A stretch of 64,000 bases of DNA. Source: Moniliella sp. 'wahieum' (Eukaryota). Positions 44,461 to 56,874 of the stretch are shown here, one piece after another; within the stretch, counting starts at the first letter, position 1, and each line of letters opens with the position of its first letter. The notes under the pieces were generated by a model that was not told where the DNA came from, made no database searches, and saw only the letters and a list, made by a program, of their open reading frames with translations. Where the stretch lies: positions 1 to 64,000 of the forward strand of contig RSEE01000054.1 of the NCBI GenBank assembly GCA_003971905.1, in the 5' to 3' direction. Position numbers and translations under genes: made by a program.

Positions 44461-46718
44461 TCACACCATCGTCACACCATTCCCACTCCCCCACTCGTCC
44501 GGGCGCGTGCGGGCCCGCAGCGAGCGCCCGAGGCTGTCTCTCGTCACGCCCGCCGGCAGGGTCTGGCCGTCGGCCAAGGCCTTCATCGATGCCTTGATGT
44601 AGTCCACCATCGGGTCCGCTTCGGGCTCGCGCGGCCGGTTGCCCATTCCCCCCGCGACGGGACGCACGTTCCAGTTGAACAGGTAGAAGCGCAAGAAGCC
44701 ACTGCCCGGACCAAACTTTTGCTCGGTCAGGAACATGGGGTGTCCATCACCGTCAAGCAGTTCATCACATCGAACCCGGCCTGCACAGCGCCGCAAAACA
44801 CACCCATAAACACAGACATAAACCTGGTCAGCGAACCCTTTTATCCACCGCGTCCTCCCTCCCCCGTACCCCCACCTGAGCCAGACTTACATCTTGGCTA
44901 CAATCGATACGTCCTGCACCAACTCGTTCAGTCGCGCTCGAATCTTCTTCTTGGATTCGGGCGACTCAAAGTCCCACTTGAGCACACCTCTTCGCCTCCG
45001 CTTCGGTGGCGGACAAGGTGGTGGTGCTGGACAGCGGTACGGTTCGGCGTCCTCGGGCACGGGCTTTACCTCGGGTGCAGTGGCATACGCCCAGGACGGC
45101 GGCCTTGCTGCCTCGTTCTCTGCCGACGCGGAGGTGGAAGCCGAGGCTGAGGCCGACGCACCGGCGGCGGCATGGTCGTCAAACGCCACGTCGTTGCATA
45201 GTAGAACAGGTAGGCAGCGTTCACAGCATCGTACTTGTCATTGTCCAGGATGGAGGGCAAGGAATAGAAACTGATCACGTCAGTAATCTTGCCCTGTTGT
45301 TCCACCACATAGGTCCAGGTAACTGCTGGTGGCGGTGTCCGTTCCCGGCACCGTTCTTGCCATCGTTCTCACCCTCCCGTCCACGGCCCGAGAAGAGTAG
45401 GTGAGCCACCTCCTCGTCCCAAAGCGCGGGGCCATGTCGAATTTGCGCAGGTACCGGCGCAGCAGCTTGGCCACCTGACCAATATTTTCTTCCATCTCGC
45501 GCCAGCCCGGAGTGGAGGTCACGGTGGGCAGGTCATACCGCTTCACATACTGGTCGCGCGCCATGCCCTCGGCACAGCGGCAAACCCAATGTCCAACAGT
45601 TTTTCCACCTGCAACGAGCGGTGGTAGTACCGCGCACACGACATGGGCGTCGGGATCACAATTCCGCCCGTGTAGATGGCTTGGAACACGCCCGTCAAGT
45701 GAATTGGCGCGTCACTTCTTGATCAGCACGGGCGCCAAGCGCTTGGCGCGCACTTTTTGTGCACGCACAAAAAGTTGATCTCGGTCGAGCGGTACGAGAC
45801 GTTGCGCACCCGGATCTCATGCGGGATACCCGCAATGAACCCGACAACTTGCCCGTCGACTTGACCGCCACACACCCACGCCACTTGTGATAACCAGGAT
45901 GCTTGAGCGCCCTGGCATGCGGCGCGCGCCAAATGGTTTTACTCGGTCAGTCACATATATGTTTCCCAGGGTGCCACTCTCCTTTGTAGTCCAGGAACAA
46001 GGGAGAACAACGTACCAATGGAGAAACTCGGGACGTAACGGAAGCGAAACTCTCTTCTTCGTCCTCGCATAGTTGCCATACAAGAGTTCATGCAGTTCCG
46101 CCAAGTCTTGCGAGTCATCAATGTCGACCTGCACCCACTCAAAGTCCGGTGGGAGGGGCAAGGGGTGGTGGAGACTCCGACGCTGGCTGAGCCGGCTGGA
46201 TCGGACCTTCTTCCTGGACGGCAACGACTGGCCACGGCTGGTCTTCCAAAACTTGTGTCTTCAATCGCCTTGATCAGTTCCTCTTGCGACGACCCCGACG
46301 CCTGCTTGGCATCCAGACGCGCCAACAAACCAGCCCGCATTCTCCCGCGTCACTTGCGATGCCATGGCCGGGCCAAACCGAGCTGCAATCTGCGCCCGCA
46401 CCAACTCCAACACCGCATCCGTCCTCGCGCCCCCGGCCGAAGGCGCCACAGCAAGCACCCGAAGCAAGCACCCGAACCGACCCGCCTGCTTCGACAACAG
46501 CAGACTCGACATTCGCACCGGCACCATCGGCCGCGGCTGCCTCGCGTTTCTTGGCCTTGGCACGTTCGCGCTTCTTCTTGTTCTTCTTGCTGCCCGCCGA
46601 CGGGGTCGCGTCACCGGCCGCATCGGCATCGACGCCGGCATCGGCCGGCGGAAGCAGGGTGCATGTCCGGGTCCGAGGCGCTGGGGAGGTGGGTAGGATC
46701 GACAGGGGGGGTGCTCAT
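44461..46718 (-). CDS. NMT1: Glycylpeptide N-myristoyltransferase (frameshifted, with introns)
   Basis: HKFWKTSR, LPPDFEWVQVDI, ELHELLYGNY, FRFRY, VGFIAGIP, EINFLCVHKK, KRLAPVLIKE, ISFYSLPS, AYLFYYA, EQKFGPGSGFLRFYLFNW, C-terminus GSGNGVTMV*. Confidence 0.95.
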
Positions 46719-47485
46719 GGGGCGGAAGGATGGTGGGAGCGGAGTAGCGCGGGCCGAGCCGCAAGCAGCTCTGTTCCCGGCCGAGCGGCCCCGGATCATC
46801 GATCGTCTTCCCACGCTTGCTGAGGTAAGCACGATGGGGCTGCTGTGCCACGTCGTATGTCCAACTGCACTCACTCTGGAGTCGCCTAGTCACTAGCTTC
46901 ACTAGTCACTACTCAATGATGGGCCTGTGACTCTTCCCACGACATCCGGAGCATAGTGGGCATGAATTGCTGGGCGGGCAAACGCTCCGACTTAGGGGGG
47001 CGGGGGGAGGGAGAGAAAAGAGGGGAGAGAAAGGAAAGCCAAAAGAGGAGAGAAGAGGCGAGGCCAAGTCGGGCAAAGGAAAAAAAAGAATGGTGACACG
47101 TGCGAGATGATGATGATCGATGATCCGTCGATGATCGACCATAAAGCTATCGCTTTTGAAGCTTGAAGCTGGGTCGACCAGTAGCCGGTCCACCCAACGA
47201 CAACGAGCCAGTAAGCGCAGCGGGAAAAAGCTAGATTGGCAGACACCATGACAACGCATGCCAACAAAACCATAACAACCAAGACCATAACAGAGACAGG
47301 ACGGCTCGTGGCGTGGTGGGCTGGAAGGTCCGGAGGGTTCCTGTGATTCCACAGACGCCCGCCCCTGCCTTCCACCACGGGGGGAGGCAGGGTATGGTGG
47401 ACCACAGATGGAAATGCGAGAGGAGGAAATGACGAGAAGGAGAGAGAGAGAGAGCATCCGAAGAGACGATGCGAAACAGCAGTGA

Positions 47486-49885
47486 TTAGTTTTGCTCTTG
47501 ACCTTTGTTCCAGCTGGAGATGTCGCATTGAGGCTGGTGGTTGCCAATCTGGGCCGAAGCGTAAGCGCGCGCTTTGGGCACGGCCCGCGTGGGACTCCCA
47601 GGGTTTTTGGACAGGGTGGCACTGCATCCATCTGGGTTAAGTCGGTTGCGCGGCCAATCGGCACCATACCCGCCCTGGCCGCCACCCCAGAGGGTATAGT
47701 TGGGATTGGTGTAGGCTTCGAGGTGGCGATTGATGTAGGCTGCGGTGGGGTAGTCGGGTGGGTCGCACCCAACGTTGGTCTTGCCTGCCGGCTGGTACAC
47801 GCGAACAAAATCAATCTCCATTGTCGAGGGCCACACCAAGTCTTTCCAAGACGGCGTGCCAAAGTTTTGCGAAATGCCCACGTTGGCAAGAATGTACATG
47901 GGTTCGGGAGGGACGGGCCGCGAGGAAATTTGGGACACCGGGTCGGGAGCCAGTTGTTCGGGAGTCAGGCGCCAAGCGGGCTTGCCACTGGCTTCCCACT
48001 GGATGTACCCGCCGTGACCGGGTTGGTACTCGACCGCATACTCGGTAAAGATACCGGTCGAATTGTCGGGCAAGAATTGAACGCCTTGCTGGTCTGTCGG
48101 CGTCACGCCCGACATGCTCTGCTGTGTGATTTCACCCGTGTACGAGTTAGCGATCGCATGCGGGTTGAGTAGCATGGGTGGAGCCATAGGACGGTAATAG
48201 GCACTATTCACAATAACAAAGCAAACAGTAAATGTCCTACGTCAGTCGCACTGGCATGGCAAGGTGTACAGACAAGCAAGAACAAGCAAGCAAGAACGAA
48301 AGAAAGAGACGTACTTGTACGGAGCAAATTGCCCCGACTGCGAGACGGTCATTCCCTCTTGCGAGTTGACCTGGGCCTCAAACAGATCAATCTCCGGTGC
48401 CATTCGACCGGCATAGGAGCCGTTGGGGAACTGCGGTCCCGGGTGGTCGTCGCCTGGACAGGTGCACGCCGACAGACGCTGACCCGGGAGGAACGAAAGG
48501 GACTTGGTCAAGTGCTTCTGGTTGAAGCCACAGTTGCCCAACTTGGTCGTGTCGGGCAACAAGGTGACGGGATCGGTCTGGTTGGGCAAGGTGCCAACGT
48601 CACACGCGTCGTAACTGTATGGCCAGGTGCCTTCAAGCGTGGCGCCGTACCCGGCGCGTCCCAGGTTGCCCATCAACCATACCGCAGGCCAGAGACCGGC
48701 TACCTTGGCCTTGCCCGGTAGCCGGACACTGACGACCAGCACGCCGCCCGTAAAGCAAAACTTGTTCCACGATTGGATCATGCCGCCACGAAAGTTAAGG
48801 TTGTGTTCCGGGTGTTGGCTCAGGGTGAGCTGCAATGCGCCATTGGCGGTAGTGACCCCAGCCGGGTCGTACCACTCGTAGTTGTTGGTGGCCCAGTAGT
48901 GCAGGTCGACGGCTTCCCAAAATGCGTCATCGCCCGGGTAAAAGCTACGGCCCGGGGTATTGAACTCGTCGGAAAAGACGAGGTTCATCGTGCCTGAACC
49001 GACGGCGGCGCGTGTAGGCGTCCTGAGGCGTGTCGGGATCGATCAAGGTGGTGCGTACGCCTGGAATGCTAGACACTTGGCCCGAGCCGTTGGTACCGCC
49101 GGGCCAAAGCCGCCGAGCGAGTCGTGCTTCGTAGAGAAGGCGGTAAAGATGGGGTAGCCAGCAAACAGCATCAGCAGCGCACCAATCAGGATGAGCATGG
49201 TGGCAATGTTGAGCGCGCCTCGGGCGCTAATGCCTTGGCCCTTGCCACCCTTCTTGTCGTCGTTGGGACCAATGCGGTGCAGTTCATCATCCAGGTCACC
49301 CAGCTCATTGTAGTACATCGCGTTGAGCTGCATGTTGGGATCTACCAAGCCGTACCGCGACGCCGATTCCGGTGCGACTGTGCCTTCCTGCGAAGAAGAG
49401 GAGACAACAGTTGTGTGGGAAGGAGTGGCCGACTGCGCCGATGCGCCAGGTGAGGCGCGTGTGTGGATGCCCAGCCCGTGTGCGGCTGAGTCGGGAGAGA
49501 GGAAAGAGACACCTGCAGAGAACTGAGAGAGGGAGGTAGGCATCTCGGGGGTCAGGCCTTTCCGACTCGAGTCGGCCTGCGACGGGAAGGTGGCCAGACC
49601 GGTCCAGCTATCGGAAGGGGAAGCATAGCCGTCCTTGTCCATCAGAGAGTCTTGCCCGACACTCTGATGGGGCGAGGCAATGTCGGCGTCGACAGCCCAG
49701 GCAGAGCGCTTGCGGGTGTGCTGCTGTTGCTGGGTGCCCTCGGGACCGGCGGTGGAGGTGGAGAAGGAGGTGGCATGCCCGCGGCGGGGGGTGCGGTGTG
49801 GTGGTGGATTGCTGTTGGTAGAGAGCGTGAACATAGGGCTCGTAGGAGCCCTCGTCGTACGCCTGGGATCTGGCGGCGGGTTCAT
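47486..49885 (-). CDS. KRE6: Beta-1,6-glucan synthesis-associated protein (GH16, Kre6/Skn1)
   Basis: DDELH, RGALNIATM...LLMLFAGYPI, LVFSDEFNTPGRSFYPGDDAFWEAVDLHYWAT, SWNKFCFTGG, GLWPAVWLMGNLGRAGYGA, APEIDLFEA, EPMYILAN, IDFVRVYQ. Confidence 0.96.
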
Positions 49886-51937
49886 GGCGGCGGGGGAAGG
49901 CTGGACGAAGCGACCCGGAACCGCTACAAGTTCGGAAGGGGTGGTGGGGAACGGAAGGGGCAGGAGGCTGGAAGGGCCAGTCCGATCTCAGAAGCCCAGC
50001 GGCCCACCACCGAGCTGTGCTGTGCAGGCTGTTCGCACGCGCTATCGCTGTCCACTGCTGCGTCCTGCTGCGTCCCCAACGGCTGCCACCCGCGGCTCGT
50101 TCAGGGCACACTCGGCAAGTCCTCTGACTAGCACCATGCACGCCCAGCGCCACGTACTGCTCGACCGAGCTGATGTACTGAGCACTGAGAACTTCTCTGA
50201 GTGCCTCCGACCCACCGCCGCACCACTCGAGCGGCGCCAGCGCCCAGCCCGTCTGCAGGACGCAAACCGAACACCATGCCTGAAACAGCCACGCAGGCAG
50301 CGGGGTGCCAGCACAAAAGCACACTTGCTCTGCCCGGCCCGTCCCTCGCGTCGCAGAGCTCAGGCGCCCAAGTTTCAAGCCTTGAACAGCTCCAAGACCT
50401 TGCTGGTGGGGGGCGCGGCGGGGGAGACAGACGCAGTGCCCGCAGTGAGCCAGCGAACACCCTGGCTGCTGGGGCGTTTGCCAGGCTCAGCGCCTCAGCT
50501 GAAGCCTGAGGCTCAGGCTCAGCCTCAGAGCACCCAGGCGCTCAGACCCCGGCACTTGCCACCGACAACTGCCGGGGAGCTAGGTCTCACATCTCACCTG
50601 CTCACTGGTCGGCGCATTGGCTAGTGGCGGGTGCAACATTGGAGCGACTTTGCGTGGAGAGCCAGGGGCGGTATACGGGTTGCGCCGTGCTTCTCCCCGC
50701 CCTGGCGAATTGTCGGTGGTCGATCCATCCTGGGCACCGCCAACACCCCTCCACACTTCGATTGACCCACCCACAGCATCGATCTTGAGCTTGAAGCTTG
50801 AAGCTTTTGACCTACATAGCTAGCTTTACTTGGGGTTGAAGCTGTTGAAGCGCTGGCGCGATGGCTCAAGTGGTCTGGCTTTTGGATCTGGGTGTGTGGG
50901 GGGACAATGCTGGCACCATTGCCGGTAACAATGCTGGCAAAACTGGCCGAATGGGACGTCCTGAGTGATCGAGTGATCGGAGTTGTTGACGAGGACCAAT
51001 AGTCTTCTGTTGGGCTTCTTTTCGTAGCACTGATGATCGATGATCAAAGGGTGATTGGTGATGCGTGCACGTGATGCGTGACGCCCACACCAGCCTCTGT
51101 TTGTCGGCTGCGTCCTGTGCCTGCAGGCTGGGCGGAGCACTGGCGGAGCTGCTCGTGCTTGGAGTTCACCCGGGTACACTGCCGCCATGCACATCTGCCT
51201 GCGCCCCACCCGATGTGCGACCCGGCGTGGCCGGCTGTTCTCTTGCCCGACAGCAGGCGGCCAGCAGAGCAGTCCAGACAGCGCGCCTGGTGCTCGCGCT
51301 CGCATGCTTCGCTCCCGCGTTCTGAATCTGAGAAGGCTAAGATCTGCCTCTCAGATCTAATGTTCAACGTAACCAACCATTCAACGTGTTGGCTGGTTTC
51401 AGGCCTCAGGATCGTTCGAATACCCGAGAACGCCGGTGAACTTGACCGCGAACGTACTGTACGGACTGGTTGTTTACGACTTTACGCGGTTACGCTGCAT
51501 GTGAGAAGCCTGAAGACTTTTGGAATTCTGAACGCTGCAACTGAGAGTTGGACACGTGTATTGTGCAGCCCCGTACCCGACTAAATCGATTCACATGACC
51601 GGATCGGCGCAGGATGTGCACCATGCGCCCAAGGACTGGGAGGAACAGGCAGGAGCAGGGAGGAGCTTGGAAGTTAGAAACACGAGCACGTGACCAAGCG
51701 ACACCTTAGGCCTTAGGTGGTCCTGGCGTCGATCGTCATACATGGCATCATCCGTCAGCTGCGATAGTTATCGATTATCGATTATCGCCGATAGCTACCC
51801 TATACGACCCCTCTACCCATCTCCTCGTCACACACATCCATTCTGCTAATCACATCTGCTCGTTACCAGTGAGGTGTTGCCACCGACGTTTAACACGTTT
51901 AACGCTGCTTCGGCACTCAACTGTGGACTAATTTAGT

Positions 51938-53373
51938 TCACAGGTGCGGCTTGATACCGGCCTTGGCGAGGAGAGCGTGGGTGCGCGCGGCCAACGTTCC
52001 TGCTCTGCCACCAGCGCTGGCGCCGGCGTAATTCGATCCGGCCCAGTTGGTGCAGATGCATCGTCCGGCCCGTCCGCGTAGCGCAGGGTACGCAACCCAG
52101 CCCAGAGCTGTGCTAGGGCGTGTCCTGGCTGATGCCCTCGGCGCCATACGCCTGCATCGCACGGTCCACAACCGCCAGTGGCGGTCCGCACGACGGCGAC
52201 TTTGCTCATACCAATGTCACGCAGCGCTTCTTTGGCATCGCCCGTATCAATGCGGTGAGCCGCCAGAGGACCAACAAGCGTGCCTGCTCAATCTCCATCC
52301 GGCTCTGGGCTATGAGCGAGATGATGGTGCCATGATCGCACAGTCGCTTGCCAACGCTCGCTTCTTCTCGTCCGTCGCGCGCAACAGCATTAGTTTCCAG
52401 TGCCCACTCGCCGCGCCAATCGACCGCATGCAGTGGTGGATCCGGCCCGGGCCCAGACGACCTTGCACCACCTCAAATCCCGGCCCCAACCAAGGACAAT
52501 GTTCTCCTTGGGCACAACGCACCCGGTCATACACCACTTCCATATGACCTTCCGGTGCATCATCGTATCCCAGCACTTTCATCGCCCGCACCACCTTGAC
52601 GCCCTTAGCATCGGAAGGAACCAATACGAGCGACTGCTGCCGGTGCCGGTTGGGGTTGTTGGCATCCGACTTGCCCATGACCAAGTGAATCGCACAGCGC
52701 GGGTCCCCCGCGCCTGAGATGTACCACTTGCGACCGCTCACCACCACCTCGTCCCCCTCGATTGTCAGCGAGTTTCATGTTGGTCGCATCTGACGAAGCG
52801 ACGCCAGGCTCGGTCATGGAAAAGGCACTGCGAATCTTGCCCTCCACAGGGGCTGAAGCCAACGCTCTTGCTGTGCCGGCGTACCGTATTTCGCCAGCAC
52901 CTCTGCCACCTTCTGCCACCCCAATTCCCAAGCGCCATCGTGACAGAAAGACAAAACAACAAGGGGGAGAGGGTAAATAATACGCACCCATGTTGCCTGT
53001 GTCAGGGCAGAGCAGTTGACACCTCGGAAGCCAGATGGCCTCCGCGGCCCATCAGTTCGGCCATGACGGCATACTCTAGAATGGAGAGGTTGGTGCCGTG
53101 GAGTGGGTACTTAGACTTGGGCAGAACAGGTTCCATAGCCCCTCGGCCTTGGCTTTGGCCTTGAGTTCTTCTGTAATGGCAGGGTAGCTGCTAAGCGCTT
53201 GGCTGGGTCCAGGGGCATCTGCGCTTGGAACACAGCCTCTGCGGGTAGACGTGCTCCTCTAGGAAGGCAATCAGCTTGCGCAGCACCTCTTTCCCGTGTG
53301 GGGTGAACCGGTCGGCGATGAGAGCCCAGACAGAGGGATTGATGTACCGTTCAATGGGATGGGGGGTCGACAT
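51938..53373 (-). CDS. Acyl-CoA dehydrogenase (ACAD10/ACAD11-like), frameshifted
   Basis: KLIAFLEEHVYP, IRSAFSMTEPGVASSDATN, GRKWYISGAGDPRC, GYDDAPEGHMEV, GFEVVQGRLGPGRIHHCMRSIG, RTLRYADGPD, ends KAGIKPHL*. Confidence 0.93.
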
Positions 53374-54762
53374 GGTGTTCGTGCTCACAGGGGAGGATAG
53401 AGAGACAAGATGGATGGAGAAGGGGAAAAGGGGGGGGTGGCGTGGCGTGGCGTGGGGGAGCAAGGTAGGGTAAATGAAAGCGGGGTTAGGGGCTTCGTTG
53501 CGGCCGGTGGTGGGGAAAGGGTGTAGCAGTTGGAGTGGGGCCACTGCGCTGAGCAGGAGCGCTCAAGCCAAGACGGTGTCTTCGAAAGGGCAGTTGCGTC
53601 CATGATTCGGTTGGGCCGAGCGGGTCACCGGGCGCCGGTCAACCGGCTCGGCTGCAGCCGGTAGTATTTCAAAGTTGTTAACCCACCGGTGCCTTGCCTG
53701 ATACGTAGATGTGAAAGCTAGACCCTAGAGTTGCCGCGCGCAGGCCAGCAGGCCACGTGTACATTCCTGTCCCACTGCTTGCTCTGTCCTCTTCGCCACC
53801 ACCTCTCCTTCCCCCTTCCCCTTCTTCTCGCTCACCTCGTTACTTGATTACTACTCGCTGATCGTCTGTGGTTTAGAGACTAGGTGTCTCCAGGTCAGAG
53901 CCTTCACGCGTCGCTACAGTATTCTACGTGCTGCCAGTTGCCCATTGCCCCTATTAGGCCCCGGTCGAATCACTCACTATAATCATTGGCATATACAACC
54001 TCCATCTGAGCGGCGGAGCCAACACTCAACCATGTGTAATAGGTCCCCATCCCTGCTTAACAACACCCACCCTCCAGCCCGTTTTTGTACACTCATTGTC
54101 GTCTCGCCAAACCGCAAAACGATTGTCACATAAAAGTAAGCCCAACCCCGATAGACCATCTCTTTTACCCTCTTCGCACATCCAAGAGCTGTAGGTGACG
54201 CCAATAATGCGCCGCTTTTCTCGCATTTCCCCCCTTTGCCGGAAAAAGAATGAGAGCCACAGGGAGAAGACGCAGACAAAAGACCGACCGCCGATGAGAT
54301 CCGGCCAGTCTCCGGCCAGTCTCCCAATTAATCCTTCCTATTAGGAAGGGAGGTTTATTAGCCTTTTATTGCTGGCACTGGGACACCCGCATTACCGATA
54401 CTCAATAATGCGAGAGAAGAGTAGAGCGAAAGAAGACTAACGATAGAAACGAGACAGCCCTGTTCTCCCTCCTCCATTGCTGTGGCCGATCCAAGGCCGA
54501 GGACTAGAGAGAATATGCCTCGTCTGTGCTTCCACGTAGAAAAGCGTTACGTGCCACTCCCATGAAAAGCAGAAGGAAAGTATCGTTGAGGGGTAAGAAG
54601 ATCCCGTGATTTTGTGGCCTCGCTCGGCCTATTGGTTCATCAAGTTCTCCTCGTGGTACAGTGAAGCGATCCGCTCGGGCCCCTTCTCTTCCTCCGAGCG
54701 ACGCGAGGAAGAAAAATGTAACGGCATGGCCAGCATCTGATGGTGATCCGACGTGGCTACTC

Positions 54763-56147
54763 TCACTTGACTTTCTTAGGATTGAGGGCAAACGAGACGG
54801 ATCGCTCCCTCTGGAGACCAGAATCGGAGATACTAAGCTGCCAATGGGAGGCTGAAAAGAATGGTCGGTGCGCGCAACTGAGGTGGGGTATCGATGGGTG
54901 GCAAGGACACCACGGGTGAAATGGGAGTTGGGTTGTACGGATCCCCCCGTTCATCAGAGATCGGGGAAGGTGGGGGGGTGACACGATCCCTTTGCCTCCT
55001 CTCTTGGTGGGAGAAGTGATTTCGCCCTTCCTTTCCACTTGCGGCGTTCTTCCAAGGCGACAGAAGAATATGAGTTCTGCGCTTTTCTTGCGCTGCCGCA
55101 AGGCATGGAGAAAGCCAGGCTTGATTGGCGCCAGCTCGGAGGTGGCACGTTTCGGAAGGGGGCCTTCCGCGAAGCCGGGATCCGATGAGGACGGTGGTTG
55201 GAGGGTATGAGAACGAGAAATAGTATACTGATCTGATCCGTCCGCGGTGGGCTCAGTGTCGCTGGGAATAATGTCGACCTTCTCCGATCCTCAACGAGTG
55301 CCTGTGATGAGAGTATGGCCCCCCGTTGCTGCTCTGAGAAGAAAAGGGAGGGATTGACCAACAGGCGGGGGGGTGACAGAAGAGGATGCGACATAAGAGA
55401 AGGCATGGGCCAGAAACACGAGTTTGGGCAAAGTGTGCCATCGCGGCATCAATGTTAAACGCTAGGGCCCCTTGGCGAGCTGTGTCAGCAATGCCAATGA
55501 GCTGTTGGCCCAAATTGACCCCATCGGTGTGGAATTTGGTCATCACATTCTTCAACACCAAGAGACGCTCCGCATCCGCCGTTTGAGCTACGGAAAATAC
55601 CGCACTTGCTTCTCGCCTCCATTGGGACACTACCTTGTCGCGATCGTGCTGTAACAGAGCGACTCGTCGAGAGGACAGGCGGCGTACCTGGAAGGACGCA
55701 GCATCCAAATTCTTGGTCTCTCGAACGAGGCTGGCTTCGATCAGATTCAAGCCCGTGCCGTATCGTGCAATCGGTCTTCATGAGGCGCAAGCTGCGCCCA
55801 CGCCCCTCGTCGGGGCTTTGCAGAGAGAACGTTGACATGCCTCGCTCTCGAGCGACCGTGCGGTATAAAGTTGTGACACGGTAATCAGCTCCGAGGCCAG
55901 CATGTCGAGCACAGGCTGCAACCCACACGGGACCGAGCTCTGATCAGAGAAGAAAGGTTGCTCGCCAAGCTCGGCCAGGGCGGTAGCATGGGCTCGGTCG
56001 AGAGCGGCTCGCTTCAAAAAGTACTCGCCCAGCTCATCCCCAGTGCAAGGGCGTCGCGGAAGCGTTGCTGTAGCAGTTGCGTCGCCATTCTGGGGTCCCC
56101 CTTGCTGAGCGATTCAGCATAAAGCAGCGGTGCTGATTGGTCGTCAT
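54763..56147 (-). CDS. Syp1/FCHo-like F-BAR protein, divergent; 3' end uncertain, possibly a pseudogene
   Basis: DELGEYFLKRAALDRAHATALAEL (FCH-like) and QWRREASAVFSVAQTADAERLLVLKNVMTKFHTD (Syp1 F-BAR helix pattern), followed by low-complexity sequence. Confidence 0.55.
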
Positions 56148-56874
56148 GGCAAGCACCCGTGTGGTGGGACTGCGAAAGAAGTGGCGGACAGGCACCACCG
56201 GAGCTGGATGGTTGCCTTCTCTATACTTACTCATGTGTGGGGCAAAGCAGGGCGGGACACTTCTCTCCGAGAAAGCGGTCAATGACCAATCTGAGATGAT
56301 ATCATCGGTGACGCTTGAAGCTAACTTGAAGCCGAAAGGGGCATCCCTTCGCGCCGCCCCTTCCCATCTACATTCCTACTTTTGTTAGAGGGTACTGCTA
56401 GGGTTCTCCTGCGCGGCCCTCAATGGGTCGGTGACGCTCGCCTAGCCGAGCGGAAGCGTTCCGCTCGCAGGCCGCGCACGCCCTGCTCGCTCCATCTCCC
56501 TTCCTCTCTCCTTTCTCCTTCCCTTCAGACGTTGCTTGAAGACTTGTGGCTCACCACTTTGCCTTCACGCCTTGTCTGAAGGCTGATTTGCAGCTGATCC
56601 ATAGGATCGCGAGTGCTCCCAAGTCGCACTCTAGCAACTTTGTCGTCCCAACCCATCTGTGCATAATTGGATGGCAAGAGGAATGATCGATTTTGTACGA
56701 AAGCGTTGAACATGTCTCTCTCTTTCTCTCTCTAATAAACAATTGAGGCCTATACATGTACCCCCCTCTGCATTGCCATATTATCATACGACCAGCTTCC
56801 CAGCAGGTCTCCTACAGTAGTTCGTACCACATGTTTTTTGAGGGATAGAAGTACACCAACAACAGCAGGGCGCC

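Noticed and set aside
40517..49885. GH5 + KRE6 as a beta-glucan gene cluster
   Set aside because: The genes are separated by NMT1 and both families are common; nothing beyond proximity supports it.
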